A stretch of 56,301 nt of DNA, the filler included, from Bipalium vagum (taxonomy: Eukaryota), in NCBI GenBank assembly GCA_037834085.1. It is 3 parts of 3 records of this genome, joined end to end, with 100 filler letters (N's around TTAATTAATTAA, not from the genome) between each part and the next. Parts side by side here need not be neighbours in the genome. Positions count along the whole stretch, not along the records: positions 15,962 to 34,695 come from JBBMKC010020977.1; positions 34,796 to 56,301 come from JBBMKC010236250.1; 1 more part is not named here. One strand, given 5' to 3'. The position numbers were made by a program, and so were the translations under genes. Below the pieces are notes generated by a model. That model was not told the DNA's origin. It saw only the letters and a list, made by a program, of their open reading frames with translations, and did no database searches. Every line of letters starts with the position of its first letter. Position 1 is the stretch's first letter. Positions 24,839 to 38,400 of this stretch are shown here, piece by piece.

Positions 24839-27699
24839 TTATCCCACTGATTTTTTTTTGGAAATTAAACATAAAACAACATAAAATGGTTCATGTCAAA
24901 TCGACAATAAATGGATCACATCATACCAATCCTACATAAATAAAGAAAATAGATATATATTTTTTTAACAAAAAAAACTAAATAAAACGTAACAAATTTT
25001 CAGAGAAATGAGATTAGTAAGAGAAAAAAATCAATATCAAATAATATTATGTAATAGAATTTTTGACAAGCATTTATAAGCATGTAAATGGATCTCCAAC
25101 GGCGTGTTTTAGCCAGTTTGTTGCTGGATTTCTGTCCAGCCCTGCTTCACTCGGAGAATATCAGAATGAACAACAGGCAGAGAAAAACCGCAGAGAGGCA
25201 TAACAGCACGGCTTTCGATCTCTCCAATAGCAAAATCTCATGCCCGGTTCACATTACAGAGAATGTTGTCATTACTCATTTTCTGCAACAGACAAAGCCT
25301 TTTCGTTACCGGATCTCAAAATGCTACATTTTTCATTATTAAAATCACGATGACTGCCAGATTCCTTGTGATGTCTTTGTTGGAAAAAAAATCAACTGTG
25401 GTGAAAAATAAGTATTTTTCCACAGAAAATTGCTAATATGGTATAAAATTGTCCTTTTTATTACGGAAGACAATCCAAAAGTCCTCAAGTCAATGGGATT
25501 AAGAGAAGTAACTGAAGTTTACTAATTATCGTCATAGAACTGAAAATAGTTCAACTTGGGGATTGTTTTAATAACAAAAAAATCGTTTGGTACAGAAAAA
25601 TAAATTTTTTTGTAATTTATTTCAACTAATCCTACATTAACTACGATTTTTATTTTAACAAAAGATAATCGATAATAATTATTAAATCGATTGTTATTAT
25701 TATATTTTTTTCATTAGTAGACAGTGCATTATTAATACCACGAAATAAATAATTATATGTAATCAATATTTATTAAAATGTTGAAGGCCAATCAAACAAC
25801 AAAACTTTAAAATCTTTTTTATATTTATAATGTATTCTTCTTAATTTTAAAAATTTTTAATTTAATATAACATTCTTTTTAAATTATACATATAAAATAT
25901 ATTAAATAGAATTTAATTTAATATATTTTAAATTTTAAAAGTATTTCCTAACATTAAAATCATATGGTTTGATAAAATACTTTTGAAAATTAATATTTGT
26001 TTCAAGCAATAAATCGCTAAAAATTCTTTCTCTTACTGATTACAAACCAATAGATGTTAACCATGTATGATTTAAACAAACGAAGAATTGAAAAAAGAAA
26101 ACAAAAGATTGAGCAAATCTCCTTCAAATCGTCAAATAAATTGAAAAATGTCGATAGTCTTTATTATTCCATTGTTGTCAAGCTTCGCCAAATATTCTTC
26201 TTTGCATAATTCGCAAAAGTATTCACGTTTAAGAGCGATTTTAATCTAATAAACCCTGTCAAACAAACTGATCAAAGTTGATAAGATGACAAACAATCAT
26301 CACAGCGAATCAGTATAATTAGATTAGCCATTCGGAATCAACCAAAATTATACAATTATCATTTTTATCAATTTTATAACCGGGAATGAAAATACATCAA
26401 TTTCGCTTTACTCAGATAAGGGCTTGAAGCAAGATTAAATGATATTAACTGCTAAGCGATGGCAGAAAAGATAAAATCCTAGATGTAAGACCTGAACATT
26501 ACGAACCTTACAATGGATAAGTCAATAAATCAAACGACTTTCATATCACTTAAGACGCCGATTATATAATGGGTAAAAGCATTTTCATAGAATATTATAA
26601 TAATAAAAAAGCGAAAATAAAATATAGTATAAAGCAAAAAATTGATATCATCAAACGTAAAAAAATATTTAAGTTGATTGATTAAAAACCGCTCATCAAA
26701 TATACTTTCGCGTCAATATTATTTAACATTAAGCTTTGAATATTAAAAAAAATTTAATAAATTTATAAGTGTTTAAAAAATTAACTATAAAAATTATTAT
26801 TATTAATTTTTAAAGCCTTGAAAAGTAAATTAAGCATTTGATTACTATTCTTTTTCTTTTTGATGTTATAATTTATTTTAATAAAAATTGAATTTCGAAA
26901 ATAAAATCCTCATTTTTATTTATAAATTTTTATATTTTAAAAATATTTTGTAAGTATGTTTTATTAGTATTATTTATACTACAATTCATTAATCGAAATG
27001 TGTAAATATAACTTCACAGAGATAGGATATTGACATCTTTTTTTTACATTTAAAGCAATTTTTTATTTTTTTTTCAAGATGGAAAACAGTTTTCATTATA
27101 TTACCATTTATTGATATATATACTTTTGCTTAAGTAACTCTAAAGTATAAAATCTATCATCATTCTACATTTCTCACACGACTTTAAAATGAAATAATAT
27201 TTACTTTGAAAATATCTAATATTTATTATAATAACAAAATATGAAAATAAAGTATTAAAGTAACTAACTTTAAATATTGATCAAGAAAATTTTCATTACG
27301 TTTTAGAATTTTAAAGTTTTAAATTGGACACAGATAAATCAAAATTAACTAATGATGATTTATTTTAACAAAACCTTAAAAATATTTTTTTTCTTAAAGA
27401 AAATAAATTCGTCTGGGAGTCTGATATATTTTTATTATTTTTTATTTAATAGTTAATTTTGGTGTTTATTTTATTTAAAAATTTTGTAAGTTCGTTATTT
27501 ACTGTATTTTATATTCATGACTTTATATTTAATAATTATTGTATATATCATGTATAATAAATAATAATCTTTAGTAATTTAAAATAACTATTGGTCCTGT
27601 ATTTTTACGTATGTACAGAAATTTTCATTTCTTTTTTGTGAAAAATTTTCATTTTTATGATTCTCCTTCCTGCAAATTATTTGAAATCTTCTAATTTTT

Positions 27700-27960
27700 A
27701 ATCTTGAGAAGTCTTAGGAAGAAGTTATTTCTCAGTTTATTTTAATAAAATGACATAATTTTTAGATTTATATTTCTTAAATGTTCTTTTTTATTTACAA
27801 GTAGATATGAAAACTAGTTTTTGAGGGAAAACATTTAAAAAGTGAGATTTCTTATTGACAGATATTGGTCAACTTCGGATTTTTCATGTTTTATTTGTCA
27901 GATAATGTCTAGAAATTCTAATTTTCAATGAATTGAATATTTTAAAGTCAAAAATCATAA
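27700..27960 (-). mobile_element. Possible Penelope-like RT remnant
   Basis: Minus-strand KNIQF.. /KLEFLDII resembles the NIKFT.E....LPFLD motif; heavily decayed. Confidence 0.3.
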
Positions 27961-28780
27961 AAGATTAATTTTATTTTGTTGTTGATTTTGAAAGCAACTC
28001 ATTTTTTATAATTAAAATCAAATTAATTGATTAATTTAAACAAAAGAAATTGATTATTAATACAAAATTCTTCTAATTATATGTATATATTTATTTATAA
28101 CAGGAATTTTTAATAACATTAACTATATAACTGAAGAAATTGTTAGAGAAAATATAACACCATCTATACAATGAATAGACTCAAAATTATGATATTATTA
28201 AACACCGCGAAATAATAGTTTGCAAGTGAAAAGCGTGTACATTTTTGGTTTACAGAGAAATTTTCAAATTATATTTATAAAAATAATAAAATTATAAATC
28301 TAAAGATATTTTCAGGCCCTTTAAAATATTCAGCTTTTAAACTAAAATTAAAAAATTAAAAATAAATTGTTTTATTATTGTTTAATAATTATGTTTTATA
28401 CATATCTTCTACATATTATTAGACAAAATGGCTTGCTAAATTTTAAATAATTTTACTCATTTTTTACCTACGTAAATTCAATGTTAGAAAAAGAAGAAAT
28501 TAATATTAAATATATTTTTTCTTTTATTTTGTTAAATCAACTCAGAGTTCTTTTATATTATTTAAAGGGATTTGTCAACCATGACATTTTTAAAAATCAA
28601 TTATCTCTTGAAAACTTCAGAAACTTAACTAAGGAAAATATAATAGTAATGCTATATATTCAAGATATATAAATCAACACCTACATTCATCTAGAAAATT
28701 TCAACGTTTTAAAAACCGTATGAATTTTTAAGTTCATTACAAAGCAATTTTTCTACAATAACTAAATTATCATTTTCAAT

Positions 28781-30112
28781 ATGAAATCGAAATTGTTCTG
28801 GAAAAAACCCCATGCTCTTTCATATATTATTTTATTCTTTGCAGCATTGAGTGTGATATTTTTGAGAGGAAATCAAAGAGCATTTGGAACTTTATTGGCA
28901 GGATTTAGACAGGAATTCATAAATATAACTCAAGCAGAGTTTAATTGGATTGAAGTATCGAGTGTTGCCGTTGGGTTCAAGTCAACAGGAATTATTACTT
29001 TAATGATTTTTTATTTTAAGAAAAAATATGCACTATTTCAGTTTTTGGGGGCACTGTATGTACTTATCTCGTGCATCTCAAGCTCCCTTGTCCCTAGTCC
29101 TCATTGGCTACTCTCGACTCACACGTTATTTCATGGAATCGGTTTGGGCTTGATAATAAGTGCCATTGGATTGGTTGTTCATGAACATTTCCAATACAAT
29201 CATAAATATCATTTTTTGGCCACAACTTTAATTTCTTGTGGTCCAATGACTTCCAATATCTTTGTTGCAATATTTGACAATTTAATCCATCAATTCGGTT
29301 GGAAAAAAACTATAATAATTCTTGGAGTTACTTACTTTATAATTCATGGTATTGCAGCAATATTCTTTAGACGAAAAGAAGAATACAATGAAACTTCGAA
29401 AAAGAATACTGTTTACTGCTATTGTCAAGAAACTATAACTTCAATTCATTTACCGTTAGTTGTATTTTGGTATTTTGAGAGATTACTAACAGGTATAGTT
29501 ACTTATGATATGTTATTATATCTTAAAGATAGCATATATATCACAGAAGGTGCTTTCTTTAAGCAATCAGATTTTAAAAGTTCTTTTACATGGGGAGAAG
29601 CTACTGCACATTTAATTTGTATAGTTTTAACCGGTATTACAAAAAATTTCTTTAGAGATAAAATGAAATATATATTACTTAGTACTTCATTAGCAATGGG
29701 ATTCTGTTTGATTTCATTGGAATTTTTCAAGAAATTTTCCACGGGTAGTTACATTTTATGCTTTCTATCAGGTCTTAGTCTTGGACCTTCTATTGCCTTT
29801 CATTTTCCAGCAAGCGAAGAACTAACCCGACTTCCTAGTCATATGGCCTTTCCAATAGGTTTTACGGGAATGGGATTTGGTATATTTTTATCTCCTTTAA
29901 TAACTTATTTTATAGACGATAAAACATTACACAATTGGCTCTTTTTCATACTTGGATGTCTGGTTTTTTTGAAAGCTCTTTTCATATTGATTATCACTTT
30001 TATTTTGCATTTTTTCAAAAATTATCTTATTAAGACCACCGGTTCCTCACTTCAATCAGATACCCAAGATCAAAAGGATTTAGATGAAGATAATTTTTTA
30101 TTACGTGAATAA
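28781..30112 (+). CDS. Intronless MFS transporter, monocarboxylate transporter (SLC16/MCT)-like, 443 aa
   Basis: Uninterrupted ATG-to-TAA ORF with about 12 hydrophobic segments in a 6+6 layout. The N-terminus (AFGTLLAGFRQEF..WI), LFHGIGLGL and FGWKKTIIILG are MCT-like. Confidence 0.85.
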   Translation: MKSKLFWKKPHALSYIILFFAALSVIFLRGNQRAFGTLLAGFRQEFINITQAEFNWIEVSSVAVGFKSTGIITLMIFYFKKKYALFQFLGALYVLISCISSSLVPSPHWLLSTHTLFHGIGLGLIISAIGLVVHEHFQYNHKYHFLATTLISCGPMTSNIFVAIFDNLIHQFGWKKTIIILGVTYFIIHGIAAIFFRRKEEYNETSKKNTVYCYCQETITSIHLPLVVFWYFERLLTGIVTYDMLLYLKDSIYITEGAFFKQSDFKSSFTWGEATAHLICIVLTGITKNFFRDKMKYILLSTSLAMGFCLISLEFFKKFSTGSYILCFLSGLSLGPSIAFHFPASEELTRLPSHMAFPIGFTGMGFGIFLSPLITYFIDDKTLHNWLFFILGCLVFLKALFILIITFILHFFKNYLIKTTGSSLQSDTQDQKDLDEDNFLLRE

Positions 30113-32292
30113 AATGAATTGATCTAAGTTTTACAATCAGTGTTTTTCAGAAGATATTTGCTTACTTTTTTTCCCATCACATTTTAATTTTTTTATATCT
30201 ACTATTTTTTATGAGAAAATGTTTTTCGATGTGTACCCAGATGATTTCTCGAGAAACTGTTAAAACCCTGTTTAATTAAAGAAGAAACTTTGTTTCCGGA
30301 AACATACTCCGACAATGTAAACGATTCTGTTACTCTCGGTCTCTAATGAAATTTCATTGAAAGATTCAAGCCTGTGTATACTTGTCAATTCTGATTTGTG
30401 AATATAACTCATTACGTGAATATTTTAGTAAAAATTCTGTTTTGATTTTTATTTCACATCAGAATATTATAATTTTTCAGTAAAACCAAATTTTATAAGT
30501 TAACCTTTTTTGATTACCTTTTAAAAATTAATTTTCTGAAAATGTAACAAAAATGAAATTAATGAAATTATTACTTGGAGCATTTAAATTAAGAAATAGG
30601 AGAGAATAGCTTTGTATCTTACTTCGTAAAGTAAAGTTATTGAGCTTAATAAATTATGGTTTCTTTTCCTCTTAATCTTCTACAATCCTTTTTCATTAAG
30701 CATTCTCAATTTTTAATTCTTTACAAAATAAAAACTATAAAAATGCAAACTAATAATAAAACTCTGCTATATCTCATGTGAACTTCGATTTAAATGTAAA
30801 TAGAAGCCATTGCTTTATGCGAGTTCAGTTGGGGATTCCAAGGTTTTTATATTACATAAATAAATATTGCACGTGGTAAATATTAATATTTTAAAATTAT
30901 ATTATATAAAATATTAATGAAAAAAGAAGCATTTCATGTTGCAGGTGATGTTATATTTTGCATTGTACTTGAATTTGTACTCATTTGAAATAGCATAAAT
31001 GTTTGAGTTTTTATGTAGGTCAACCAATTAAAATTTCCATTTAATTTTCAAGTTTATAATATAGAAAGGCCAGCCATTTTGATTTGACATGACCTTTGTT
31101 GGTTTTGAGTTGCAATTTGCATTATGTATAGCTACGCCCCAATATCTTATCGATGTTTAATACCTATAGAACTAGCAAATAAAAAACCGGTTACTGGGTT
31201 CGGGATCATGAACTTCCCATCAATCTTTAATTCAATATTAAAAAAGCACGTTCAGGACAAAGGTTACACCTCTTCAGGTAAAAGCTATTTCAGGTTGCAC
31301 CCTCATTAAGTCAGAGTGTACATATAAACAACGTGATAACAGTTAGCAGATTTTAGGAAGCTACGTGAGTTGAGTGTAAAGAGTCACTCTAAAATAATAA
31401 GAGTAATAAATAATATATGAAAATGTAACATTTATTTTATGAAACACTGTAACCATCTTCGTCGAATTTTTTGATGCGTTCAACTCGTTAAAGATCATCT
31501 TTGGCATCTTTTGGTTTTTTCTTCCCGAAGGTTTTGTCAGCCTCGTCAGCCTTTCTTAACAGTCATTGGCAGTAGATTGGAAAGGATTAAAAGGAAAATA
31601 AATAAATTTATTTGGTTCCCTTCGCCAATCTTCAGCAGTACATAAAATCCTTATGAAATAAATCCACTGTCTTAATTGCGTCCAGGAAGAACTTTATATA
31701 ACTACCTCAATCCATCACCTATTAGATGTTTCTAAATTGCCTCATACCCTAAGTCATAAAAGTAAACAATATCAAAATTAAAAAAAAAGAAATAAGAGCT
31801 AGTCTTTGTGTTTTTATCGAAATATACTAATAGGTGGTTTTATATGTATTGAGTTCTTATAAGTAGTCCCTCCAGGAAAATCAAAAATTATACATAAAAT
31901 CCTTTATTAATCCTTTATTATTATTATAATTGTGAAATTTATAAACATAAATTGTTTTATCGTCAATATTATATTTTGTTTTTATTCATCTGTGATTATT
32001 TGCTATTAAGGAAGGTTGACTTATTGTTATGTTTTGGGACATTTGATTTGATAATTTCAAGAAATTTGATTTTTCAACTGATTTAGATTTTTTGTGTAAT
32101 TTTCGTGTTTTAATAAAGTTTTACTGTGATCGTTTTGATTCAATTTGGGGTGCGATTAAGGTTTTATTGTGAGGGTTTTGATTTAATCCAGTTTAATTTT
32201 TTGTGATTGTAAAAGTAAAGAAAACACAACGTTAGAAAGTCAGGAGTTATTCATTTCGAGCGAAAGTTACTTATTTCAGTTTAAGGATAATA

Positions 32293-33735
32293 TAGTGATG
32301 AGCAAATTTTTTGATGACACTTGAAATATCAATTTTTATGAATGTAGGTTATTTTTTAAAAATATATTTTTACGCAAATAATGTTAAATATTGCTTTCAC
32401 AGAGTTTTAAATTAAGTCTATGATTTTGTTACGCTATTAAATTACTATGAACCCTGGCGTAACACTTAGCTCACAAAGTTTACTGATCCTTTCATTTTTG
32501 TCAAAACGCGTACGCAAATGAATGAATAAAAACAACTACAAATGACGTTTTATTACCAAAGTTACAACCACAATGACTCACTGGAGAATGACCAAATCAA
32601 ATTGTCAATAAAATGCTTAAAATCACACAAAACAAAGAAAACAGCGATATCCTCACCAATTCTGTCGACGACAGCTCCAAAAGGTGGTTTGCTGAGTCCA
32701 ACCCGGTTTGCTCTGAAAGCCCTAACAGCACAGGACCCATCGTAAGCTTCTGTCGTATAATTGAGGGCATAAATGACACCAACTTGAAGACTTAGAATAT
32801 CTTCTGACAAAAAATAATCTTCCGACAAAAGTAATTCTTCTGACAATAATAATAAATTTTCCTTAATCTCTCTTTGTGACAATCATCTGCGGATTCCAAC
32901 TCCTTAAATATCTTTCTGGTCAGACGAATAATCATTCATAGACCAACTTGATTAATGAGGAATGTCAATTCCCATTTTTAGATTTTTTTCTGACGAGAAG
33001 TCATTTATTGATGGACCAGATGATTGAAGAACATATTAAAAGAAAAACGAGACACCAGAACAAAGGTGGAGGAATTATGGTATGGACTATGGTTTTACCA
33101 AATGATCTCTTGTCATATAAATATTAGAAAGAGATTTCAAAAGTACTGCATATATAGAACTACTTTGCAAAACTATTGCACCAATTTGTGAATTGAATTA
33201 TGGAAAGAACTTCTGGTTCTAACAGGATAATTCCAGAATCCAAACGCAAGGATATTTAAAAAAAGGATGACTGCTGCGCATTTTCAGTGTTATTATGGTC
33301 TGCTCGATCTCCAGGCTTAAATATAATGGAGAACATCTGGAAAATTTTGGAAGATGTCATATATGACCGGTCTCCACTAACGTCTCTAGGTGATTTAAAG
33401 GAAGAAATACAGAAAGTGTTCTTGTTAATCAATACCAACAAGCGAGGACTTATGATGAATCTTTTTGAGACATTTAGAAGCCAATTAGTCAAAGTAATTG
33501 TTTATAATGGTAATGAGATCAATAAATAGTTACGCATTGTTTTTTTCTAGATGTTGTCAATAATTATGCTCACTTAAAATAAAAATTTGTGAAATGAAAA
33601 TGTAAAAATCATAAATTTAATTTAAAACTGTGTGAAATCAAAATTTAACATTATTTGCGTGAAATATTTTTAAAAAATAACCTACATTCATAAAAATTGA
33701 TATTTCAAGTGTTGTAAAAAATTTGCTCATCAGTA
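32293..33735 (+). mobile_element. Tc1-like element with long IR/DR-type TIRs, 5' part replaced by foreign sequence
   Basis: 32293-32426 is the reverse complement of ~33605-33735. Transposase remnants FSDEK, GGGIMVW, F*QDNS and WSARSPGLNIMENIW (ORF 33287-33529). Confidence 0.9.
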
Positions 33736-34267
33736 TAGTAACATCTAGAATAACTAGAAAAAGAATTAATTTCACAACGTTAATAATTGTATTGGTTTTA
33801 ATATTCTTTTGATTTTAATATTCTCTACGGGCCTATTTTAAGGAAAATTTTAACGAAATCAAAATAACATGAAACCAGGAATGTGGGGTATACAAGCATC
33901 TATGATGGTCTTGAAATAAAAATTATCTTAAAAAATTCAATGAAATGTCATGATTATATTTGTTGGAATTTATTTTAAAATTTTAATTATAAAATCATGC
34001 TTCAATTAACATTTAATTTGAAAATGAAATATTTTTATTTAATTTTTACTTTTTATTAAGTAAATATATAAAGTAATTATTGTCTCAGTGTATAAAATAA
34101 CCCATTATGATATTTAAAGATTTTTTTTACTGATAAAAAATAAAATAATTATGAAACTCTCAAAGCATAAAAATCCAAAATTACTATAGATATTGGAAAA
34201 TCATTATAAATTATTAATTTTTAAATATTAAATTCAAATTTAATTTGATTTAAAATAATTAATTGAG

Positions 34268-34584
34268 AGAATTTAGTGATTTAGAGATGGATTCCGAAAC
34301 AATGGATTCTTTACAAGGAATACAATTTATTGAAAAATATGAAAATGAAATTCCAAATTTAGTAAAAATCAACTGGGAGAAAAAAAGTGAATTGGAAAGT
34401 TTGGATTCTTTGTTTTTTATTGTTGGAATTTCAATGGATGTTACATTTTCCGTTTTGATTTTTGTTGCACTGCTATTTGTGTTCAGGAGAAATATTATTT
34501 CCCTTTGGCATTCTATAGTATTAAAAAGTAAACATAAGGAAATGGACGAATTAAAATTCTCAGATATGGACTTGAAGAAATATT
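34268..34584 (+). CDS. Orphan exon-like ORF with one transmembrane segment
   Basis: 109-codon open frame with a hydrophobic FFIVGISMDVTFSVLIFVALLFVF followed by RR. Consensus donor gtgagt at 34585. The 5' boundary is uncertain. Confidence 0.4.
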
Positions 34585-34622
34585 GTGAGTAAATTAGTTT
34601 AATTATCATTAAGATAACTTGA

Positions 34623-34625
<3 letters not shown>

Positions 34626-34695
<70 letters not shown>

Positions 34696-34802
34696 NNNNN
34701 NNNNNNNNNNNNNNNNNNNNNNNNNNNNNNNNNNNNNNNTTAATTAATTAANNNNNNNNNNNNNNNNNNNNNNNNNNNNNNNNNNNNNNNNNNNNATTAT
34801 TA

Positions 34803-34870
<68 letters not shown>
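34626..34870. repeat. (ATT)n microsatellite on both sides of the assembly spacer
   Basis: Read directly from the sequence. Confidence 0.95.
34696..34795. other. Assembly spacer: 44 N + TTAATTAATTAA + 44 N
   Basis: Identical to 15862-15961. Confidence 0.97.
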
Positions 34871-34874
<4 letters not shown>

Positions 34875-35478
34875 TTAATATTAATTATTTTAATATCAGA
34901 TTTTTAAAACAATTTTAAACACAAGTGAATAAAGGTTTAGAAAATAAAACCTATTGAATATTTTGATGAAAAATGAGAAATTTGTAAAAACAATTAAAAT
35001 TGGGCAAAACTTCAATTATAATTTTGTTCAAATTCTTTTATAGAAATTTTTTTCAGACTTTACACATTTAATTAGTCACGTTGACCAACGGAAACTAATT
35101 TAATTTTGAATAATCCATTCAAATGACTCCCATTCATATCAGCCTTGAGTGTTACTTAATCAATTAGCCGTAAATTCCATAATATTCTTTTCATTTAATT
35201 TGTTAATTTACTCAATCACAAAACTTGAATGAGATATATGGGAAACTATTTCAGTCGCCAAACATTTTAATGGATAGCTGGATTGCAATCAGCAATATTT
35301 TTAAAAGAACAGTATTAACCAAAGCATTTTTTGTAGTATTTTATAATAATAATAAATTTGTGTAGAAATTTATTTAATTAAAATTATATTGATTTCCTAT
35401 TTTTATTAGTTCGTAAAAAACTATTATTGATTAATATCTTCTCAAAAATGATGTTATAAAAGAATATTAAAAAATTAC

Positions 35479-38400
35479 ATTTTCGGTTACTTTTTTCCAA
35501 AACAACGTCCGATAAGAAGACATTTTCCATTCGGGGATAAAATATAAAGTTTTGATTTATCGAAACGCATTTCTTATCGTTTTGAATCAAACGCAATATA
35601 CACAGCAATGTTTCCTGTAAAACCAGAGTAATATCACTGTCCATTTTGTCTGCCAGCAAATCAGAAGTGTTTAACTGCAATAAATATTTTTGATATTAAA
35701 AAACAATTTTTTTCTTTTTTATAATTTACTAACTGATTACAAAATAAAACAGGTCAATTAAAAACTATCTTGAAAATCAATAAATAGGAAATGAACAACC
35801 TTATATTTTAGTAAAATTCAGTTTTCAATATAAAAAATATTCATAAAATTTTAATATTGATTCATGGTGCCATTTAAGTAATAAATTATTTTTTAAATGT
35901 TCATATGGTAACATTAAGTAAAAAATAAAAATAGAAGCACACTAGATAGATTGTGGTTTTTGTTTTAATTTTTGTTAAGTAACAATATCATTATTGAATA
36001 GTATAAATATCAATTGTAAAAAGATCCACTTTATAAGTGCGTTCAAAACTAAATTATTGACTCAGAAATTTTTAAAGCGACAATTGTTCAAAAAAAATTT
36101 TATTTATTTTTAAAAGAACAGCTTTGTAAAATGTTTAGAGTTTTTAAAACGACATAATAGAGGAAATATGATTGAGAAAAATTAATAAAAAAATACCAAT
36201 TGAAATATCTAAAAATAACTGGTTAAGTTTTACAGGAAAATTTTTTATTTAAAATCATTTTAAAAGTGAAAATAAATAATAAATTAAAGTCAACTTCAAA
36301 TTTAAAAACTTAAATTATCGATTATTTGATTGAATATATAATAAAAGATAAGATCAACATCTATCGATTTATATTCCATAAGTATAAGTTTATAAATTAT
36401 TTATTTTGCGTCATCAACCAAAAGTTAAATATTCAAACAAAATTAGCAAACGAAGAGAATTCGTATTATTATAAATTTTAAAAATACCTTTAAATAATAA
36501 AATCTTTACATGCCTATTTAAAACTATTGAAATTATAACAGTAACAAATACTATAAAATTTTAAATTATTAAATTAAATTATTTAAATTATGTGTTGATT
36601 TATTTATTTATATTTTAAAATATTTTCGTTTTAAGATTAAATTGGAAAAATATCACAAGAACCTAGTTGGGGGTGCTTATTGAGAAATAGATCTATCAAT
36701 TTAATTAATAAGTAAATCAAATATATAAGAACAGTGGAAAAGTTTGAAAATTTTGACTTTTTACTAAAGATTTCAATTTTCAAATTTATTTCAATCCAGT
36801 TATTTATTTACCGATATAATGTGAAAGAATGTAAAATTAAGTAAGCAGTAAAATAATATTAATTTAAATTTTTAAAAATTAATTAATCAAAAGTCACTTT
36901 TGTAATGATAATTGGACACTTGATTTAGTTATTATTGTTCTGGTTTTTTCTATTTTCAAAGTTCAAAAATAATCTATTTTGATCATACATTAATGTTAAA
37001 AAAAAATTCGGTATTAAAAAAGGTGGAATAACAAAAGACATTACTAAGACGTATTAACATTGAAAAAAATAGACAATCTACGTCAAAACTAACATCGAAT
37101 TGATCACAAAAAATATATATTGATTAGTTTTTAAGATTTTAAAAAATTGAAAAAAAAATTCTAATGGTGATGACAAGAAATAAAATAACTTATGAATTTA
37201 ATAAATATATAACATTTTTAGATTGCCGCAAAACCAGTAAAATTCAAAATTAAAGCGATTATAATTGCTTAATATTCTAGAAATCAAATCAAATAACACA
37301 ACATATTTTGTATAGAGATATCAATTTTTTTATTGTTGTTATAATAAATTTGCACTAAATGACGGTGACACGCTTTGATGTAATTTTTCAAAATGAGATG
37401 ATATTTTCTTTTGACAATAAAGAGAGAAGGAATTTTTTCAATTATATTTGCATTAATTGTCTTTCGCAACATGTCTCCAAAGATTTTCAAATAACCGAAA
37501 CAAATATTTTTCGAATCGAATAATAATTAATAAGAAAATCTTAAATATTCATTAAAAGAAGTCTACTTTGATCATAGTATTTTATGATGGGAAATGGTTC
37601 CGGTATTTTATTTATGAGGTGTGCTTGTTTCATAGTTTACATTTTGAATTATAAGTGTCATCATTTATAACTGCAAAAACCTTATTAATCATACTAATCA
37701 ATATTTTCAGAGATAAAATTTTGTTAATAACCAATCTATTGGTGATTTAAAAATTCTCATTTGTTTGTTTGATCATATGGAAACTTAATAAAACTTCAAT
37801 TTTAACATAAGTTTTAAAATCGATCATTATTTAAAAATTTTATTTTCATTGGTGGCAAATGAAATTAAATACTAATGTAGATAAATAAAGACTATTTTTT
37901 AAATTGTACATTGTTTTTAACAAGTTAAAAATGTTTTATTTCAATATTTGAAAATTATTATTCTAAATATCAAAAACAATATAGGATATATTTTAGATAT
38001 AATTATTCATTTTGGTACAATATTATCAATTTGTTTGGTTCACAAGAATCTTGGTGGTTTTTTTCGGATTTTGATGAGAATAAAACTATAACTAAAATAC
38101 TTATTAAAATAATAGACTTCGGAGTTACACTACTTTTAAGTATAATTTAAATTTTTGTTAACATCTGTAGTTAAAGTTTAAATATTAAATTAAATAGTTT
38201 AAATATTACATAGGAAATAACTATTTTTAGTATCAAATGTTATTTTGCATGATTTATAACAATGAAAACAGTGATAATTTACATAAAAATTTTAAATTTA
38301 GATTAATATTTTAAAATTTAAAATTCACATGGTCTGATTGCAGTTTTTATAAAGTAATTTCGGGTTTGGATTTAATACAAATATTTTTCCTTCAATCTTG

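Noticed and set aside
29503-29742. Antisense ORFs over real exons (also 8355-8567, 24456-24647, 44093-44359)
   Set aside because: Shadow frames of coding sequence with no independent motifs.
31080-31900. Less AT-rich block with a 61-aa ORF and short duplications
   Set aside because: Probably a retroelement or other repeat remnant, but no motif I can support.
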